A DNA stretch of 61,447 bases, filler included. It is 4 parts of 4 records of this genome, joined end to end, with 100 filler letters (N's around TTAATTAATTAA, not from the genome) between each part and the next. Parts side by side here need not be neighbours in the genome. Positions count along the whole stretch, not along the records: positions 48,184 to 61,447 come from DRR723986_10738; 3 more parts are not named here. One strand, 5' to 3'. The notes under the pieces were generated by a model. That model ran no database searches. It worked only from the letters and a program-made list of their open reading frames with translations, and had not been told where the DNA came from. This document shows, piece after piece, positions 57,678-61,447 of the stretch. The stretch's first letter is position 1. Every line of letters starts with the position of its first letter. The translations under genes were made by a program, and so were the position numbers.

Positions 57678-58628
57678 ATGACGGATCTGCCGCAGGGTCT
57701 TTTCGCAACGCCCGGCCCGTGGGATAGGGCACGCATGGCAGATGATGTGACCTCTTTCACCGGTGCGCCGCCGCTGTTCGCGGAGACGCCGGATTCGGTG
57801 AGCTTCAAGAAGCTGCGCAAAAGGCTGGTGCGCGGCGCCCTTCAGGCGATCGACACCTATGGCATGGTGGACCGGCGCGCGGTGGAGAGCGGCGTCGCCC
57901 CCCGCCCGAAATGGCTGGTCTGCCTCTCCGGCGGCAAGGACAGCTATGGCCTTCTCGCCGTTCTGATGGACCTGCAATACCAGGGCGCCCTGCCCGTGGA
58001 CCTGATCGCCTGCAATCTCGACCAGGGCCAGCCGGGTTTCCCGAAACACATCCTGCCAGAATGGCTGGAGAAGATCGGCGCGCCCTACCGCATCGTGACC
58101 GAGGACACCTATTCCATTGTCACCGACAAGGTGCCCGAGGGGCGGACTTTCTGCTCCATGTGCTCGCGCCTGCGCCGGGGCATTCTCTACCGCATCGCGC
58201 GGGAGGAAGGCTGCGAGGCCATCGTGCTGGGCCACCACCGCGACGATGCGCTGGAGACGTTCATGATGAACCTCATCCATGGCGGCCGCCTCGCCGCAAT
58301 GCCGCCGAAGCTGCTGAATGATGAGGGCGACGTCATGGTGCTCCGTCCCCTGATCACCGCGGCGGAAGACGACCTCGAGAAATTCTCCGTCGCAATGAAC
58401 TTCCCCATCATCCCGTGCAATCTGTGCGGCAGCCAGGACGGCCTGCAGCGCGTGGCGATGAAACAGATGCTGACCGAATGGGAACGCAAGAAGCCTGGCG
58501 TCCGCCAGGTGATGGCCCACGCCCTTGCCACCGTCCGCCCCAGCCATTTGCACGATCCGAAAGTCTTCGACTTCCTCGGCCTCGCCCCCGGCGGCGAAGG
58601 CGAGGACGACCCGAACGTGCCGTTCTGA
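57678..58628 (+). CDS. ttcA: tRNA 2-thiocytidine(32) synthetase
   Basis: [38 protein letters not shown]. Start approximate. Confidence 0.97.
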   Translation: MTDLPQGLFATPGPWDRARMADDVTSFTGAPPLFAETPDSVSFKKLRKRLVRGALQAIDTYGMVDRRAVESGVAPRPKWLVCLSGGKDSYGLLAVLMDLQYQGALPVDLIACNLDQGQPGFPKHILPEWLEKIGAPYRIVTEDTYSIVTDKVPEGRTFCSMCSRLRRGILYRIAREEGCEAIVLGHHRDDALETFMMNLIHGGRLAAMPPKLLNDEGDVMVLRPLITAAEDDLEKFSVAMNFPIIPCNLCGSQDGLQRVAMKQMLTEWERKKPGVRQVMAHALATVRPSHLHDPKVFDFLGLAPGGEGEDDPNVPF

Positions 58629-58655
58629 CGAACAGGCCTGCAAGGCCGGAGGCGA

Positions 58656-59390
58656 TCACATCACCAATTCATCTCCATCCGGTATCAGCGGGAAGTCTTC
58701 CTTGGGTAAAAGGTGAAAATGGGCACCCGTTCTTGACGCGGCCAATATGCGGTCGCAGCGAAATGTGCGCGGCGCCTTCCGCAAATGGTCAAATCCGACG
58801 ACGTACCAGACCCGGTATTTCAGCAGAATGTAGTGCGGTTCTATGATCCGTTTGGACGTCTCACCATCCTCTCTCTGATATCGTATCTCCAGCATCTCCT
58901 GATCAGTGAACGCCTGATGCAAGGCCTGAACGACCGGCTTCGGCGGTGATGCGGTCCCCGCCTGAACATAGGTCGATGCCGTAACCCCCACAAGGATGCG
59001 AGATTTCAGGCGCTCCACCGTGTCGCGTTTTGCTGGTGAAAAGGAGGCCACCAATTGCCGCCTGACCGAGTCCAGATTCGCCAGAAACATGGGCGAGTTC
59101 ATTTGCTCTGCGACGGCGAGGCTGATCAGAAGGTCGACTGCCTCCGAATAGGCTAGGTTGATCCGACCAACACCCCAGTTGCGGTCCAGCCGGACACCTC
59201 CGCCCCTTCCGCGGTCGGCGTCGATCTGCATGCCCTGGTCCCGCATGAGGGAGAGATCCCGCGAGATCGTTCGCTCGCTTACCCCGAACTGGCGTGCCAG
59301 ATCGCTGACCGTGCAATGCACGTCCTGCTTCAGCCGGACGGCCAGCATTTCCATCCGTCTCATCCTGCCTGTCGTGTTCGTCCGCGCCAT
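58656..59390 (-). CDS. HTH-WYL transcriptional regulator (YafY-like)
   Basis: LARQFGVSERTISRDL, GRGGG, RIIEPH, WYVVGFD..R..PRTFRCDRI. Confidence 0.93.
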   Translation of the reverse strand: MARTNTTGRMRRMEMLAVRLKQDVHCTVSDLARQFGVSERTISRDLSLMRDQGMQIDADRGRGGGVRLDRNWGVGRINLAYSEAVDLLISLAVAEQMNSPMFLANLDSVRRQLVASFSPAKRDTVERLKSRILVGVTASTYVQAGTASPPKPVVQALHQAFTDQEMLEIRYQREDGETSKRIIEPHYILLKYRVWYVVGFDHLRKAPRTFRCDRILAASRTGAHFHLLPKEDFPLIPDGDELVM

Positions 59391-59395
59391 CTAAG

Positions 59396-59420
59396 AAATA
59401 GGACATAAAATGTCGTATTT
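59396..59420. promoter_or_regulatory. Putative WYL-regulator operator
   Basis: AAATAGGACAT-AAA-ATGTCGTATTT inverted repeat with one mismatch, between the divergent genes. Confidence 0.75.
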
Positions 59421-59491
59421 TTCAATAAGAGGCGGACACCCCAGGAAGCAGGCCGGTGACATCCCGTCATCCGCGCACAGGAGATCCCGCC

Positions 59492-59847
59492 ATGAAAATG
59501 AACTATGTCGTTCTCGGAACAAACGACATGACCGCCTCCACGAGATTTTACGATGCGCTCTTCGAGCCGTCCGGCCTGAAGCGTGCCTCCCCGTCAGACA
59601 GGATGACCTACTGGCTGGGTGAGGATTTGCATTTGCGGCGGCGCTGCCCTTTGACGAGAAGCCTGCCACCAATGGGAACGGAACCATGATCGGCTTCTGT
59701 GTCGGGACAGACGATGCGGTTAGACAATTTCATGAACGGGCCATTGACCTCGGCGGCACCTGCGAAGGTGCGCCGGGCCAGCGTGGACCGCGTTACTCCG
59801 CCTATGTCAGAGACCTTGATGGAAACAAGCTGTGCTTTTCCGACTGA
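59492..59847 (+). pseudogene. VOC/glyoxalase family gene with a 1-nt frameshift (real lesion or sequencing error)
   Basis: MKMNYVVLGTND...RFYDAL in one frame; AFAAALPFD...GNGTMIGF...GGTCEGAPG...AYVRDLDGNKLCF in another. Adding one T at 59626-59628 restores 118 aa. Confidence 0.85.
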
Positions 59848-59925
59848 CCCCCGGCGGGGGAACCGGACGTTAGAGGCCGTGAGCCTGCCCTCGCCCGTAC
59901 AAACTGCCAAAGCGTCGGCGGACCT

Positions 59926-60300
59926 TTAGAGCGAACCAGTTACGCGCATGCGATCTTTGTATCCCATGCGCCCCTCTTGCTCGCGCACCCGGCCCGCATA
60001 GAACGAAAGCTGCTCCATCACATGCCAGAAGCTGGCCATGAGGTGCGGGCGCTCCCGGAGGGGGCCTGTATAGTGAACGGTACACAGACACATGTCTTCG
60101 CTCTCGGGGTGCCTGCGGCAAGAAATGTCAAACGGACCCCAGTCAACGCGTGACAGGATGACCTCGCGCAGGCTGTCAGGGCTTATCGGCCACTGGCATT
60201 CAAACGCCGCAGTCCGCAGGTCATCTTCACTTGTGCGCGATGGCTCACTGCGCGCGGAAATTGGCCGAGCCGGCAAAACTTGAACAACACCGTACACCAA
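59926..60300 (-). CDS. Hypothetical protein
   Basis: 124-codon ORF filling the gap, with AAGGA upstream of a TTG/GTG start. No recognisable motif. Confidence 0.4.
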   Translation of the reverse strand: MVYGVVQVLPARPISARSEPSRTSEDDLRTAAFECQWPISPDSLREVILSRVDWGPFDISCRRHPESEDMCLCTVHYTGPLRERPHLMASFWHVMEQLSFYAGRVREQEGRMGYKDRMRVTGSL

Positions 60301-60384
60301 TCTTTCGGTTCCTTCCGTTTTGTCTGTGACCGGAAGGTGGACGCCCTATTGCGATAAGTAAAATCGAATGAAACTGAACGGTGG

Positions 60385-61320
60385 TTAGGTTTTTCCTTTC
60401 ACCGCTTTTCCTGACTGCACCAAAAGATCCGCTGCCACATCCCTGAACACCAAGCCCAGTTTCTGAATATTGTGCTCAAGGGGAGACCCAGACCGCCACA
60501 CCAGGCTGATCTGGCGGCGGGCCAGAGGATGATCGATCGGGCGCACGATCTGGTGCGGATCTTTGCTCGCCTCCATCACGGCGTAAAGACTGGGGACAAT
60601 GGCAATGCCTGCGCCCATGCCGGCCATCTGCCGGATCGCGTCGAGCGAGGTGCCTTCGTACTCCGTCGACACATGGGCGCCTGCCGCTTCGGCCAGTTTC
60701 TGAACCACCGTACTGAGGCGGTGGCCATATCCCAGACTGAGCACTTCCCGGCCCTTGAGCGCTGAAAGCTTCAGTGCACCGTCTCCTCCACCGATCGGGT
60801 CATCCGACGCTGTACAGACATAGAGCTGCTCATCGAAGAGCTGCATGGACTCTGAATTCAGATGATCTTCAGCTGTCGAAATGACCATGTCGAGCCGGCC
60901 GTCATTGAGTTTTTCATCAAGGTCGATCGTCCGCTCCTCCCGGACGCCCAATCTGAGATCCGGGTAGAGCTGGTGCAGCTCCCGAACGGCGCTCGGCAAC
61001 AGATAAGGACCGATGGTCGGCAATGTGCCCAGTCTGTAGCGCCCCGCCAGGTCGCCCGCGACCTGCCGTGCAACCGTTTTCAGGTCTTCCACCTGGGTCA
61101 GGACAATCCGTGCGCGGCGCACGACTTCCGCCCCCGCCGGTGTAAGCACGGCGCCGGTCCGGGCGCGTTCGATCAGTGTCACGCCCAGCTGCGCTTCTGC
61201 ATCCGAAATCTGCTCGGAAAGACTGGGCTGACTGACGCCCAATTGAAGCGCAGCATCCCGGAATCGGCCCGATTCCGCGACGGCGACAATGTATTGGAGC
61301 TGGCGAAGGGTCGGTCTCAT
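60385..61320 (-). CDS. OxyR-like LysR regulator lacking the redox cysteines
   Basis: TLRQLQY, VSQPSLS.QI, LGTLPTIGPYLLP, GHRL in place of GHCL, GTSLDAIRQM. Confidence 0.88.
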   Translation of the reverse strand: MRPTLRQLQYIVAVAESGRFRDAALQLGVSQPSLSEQISDAEAQLGVTLIERARTGAVLTPAGAEVVRRARIVLTQVEDLKTVARQVAGDLAGRYRLGTLPTIGPYLLPSAVRELHQLYPDLRLGVREERTIDLDEKLNDGRLDMVISTAEDHLNSESMQLFDEQLYVCTASDDPIGGGDGALKLSALKGREVLSLGYGHRLSTVVQKLAEAAGAHVSTEYEGTSLDAIRQMAGMGAGIAIVPSLYAVMEASKDPHQIVRPIDHPLARRQISLVWRSGSPLEHNIQKLGLVFRDVAADLLVQSGKAVKGKT

Positions 61321-61423
61321 GGTTCGGAAAAACCTATCAGTAAAAAAGATACATTCGATTTGAGCTATCGCGGATATGGCCTCATATCGAGGACATCGCA
61401 AGAGCCAAAAGGAGGCAAATCAA

Positions 61424-61447
61424 ATGTATCGACTGACCGACGACCTC
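61424..61447 (+). CDS. Start of an unidentified gene divergent from the OxyR-like regulator (truncated)
   Basis: AAGGAGG RBS then ATG 61424, reading MYRLTDDL to the window edge. Confidence 0.6.

Noticed and set aside
57181-59390. GIY-YIG plus WYL as one anti-phage defence island
   Set aside because: They are separated by housekeeping ttcA and each has its own regulatory context; no other defence genes are present.

Overview
This window is not one locus. It is four unrelated contigs joined by 100-nt artificial linkers (N-run, TTAATTAATTAA, N-run) at 30959-31058, 40385-40484 and 48084-48183. Contig 1 (1-30958) looks betaproteobacterial (Limnobacter-like, inferred). It carries atpD-atpC, a CesT-like small protein, hemE, a DnaA-box-rich intergenic region (possible oriC), priA, rep, cytochrome c5, yceJ-yceI-yceI, terC with an NhaR-like LysR, SulP, mmsA and a lipoprotein Ntn-acylase. 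It ends in a duplicated cassette (conserved 35-bp upstream motif, orphan SsuA/NMT1-type binding protein, histidine kinase) whose second kinase has a fully conserved ETR1-type ethylene-binding domain. Contigs 2 and 3 look like Rhodobacteraceae: C45 peptidase, an APH-M23-aminotransferase fusion, BigR/SqrR with two YeeE genes, rlmE, ppx and Stf0; then LOG, SbtA with a LysR, mepA, MFS, yggT and msrA. Contig 4 looks Hyphomonas-like: recA with SOS boxes, M23 peptidase, amidase, qor, terC, rnhB, FAD monooxygenase plus SnoaL, a GIY-YIG gene behind a CtrA box, ttcA, a WYL regulator with a frameshifted VOC gene, and an OxyR paralog lacking the redox cysteines. No rRNA, tRNA, CRISPR array or transposase was recognised. 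All family and taxon calls come from motif recognition by eye, not database searches.
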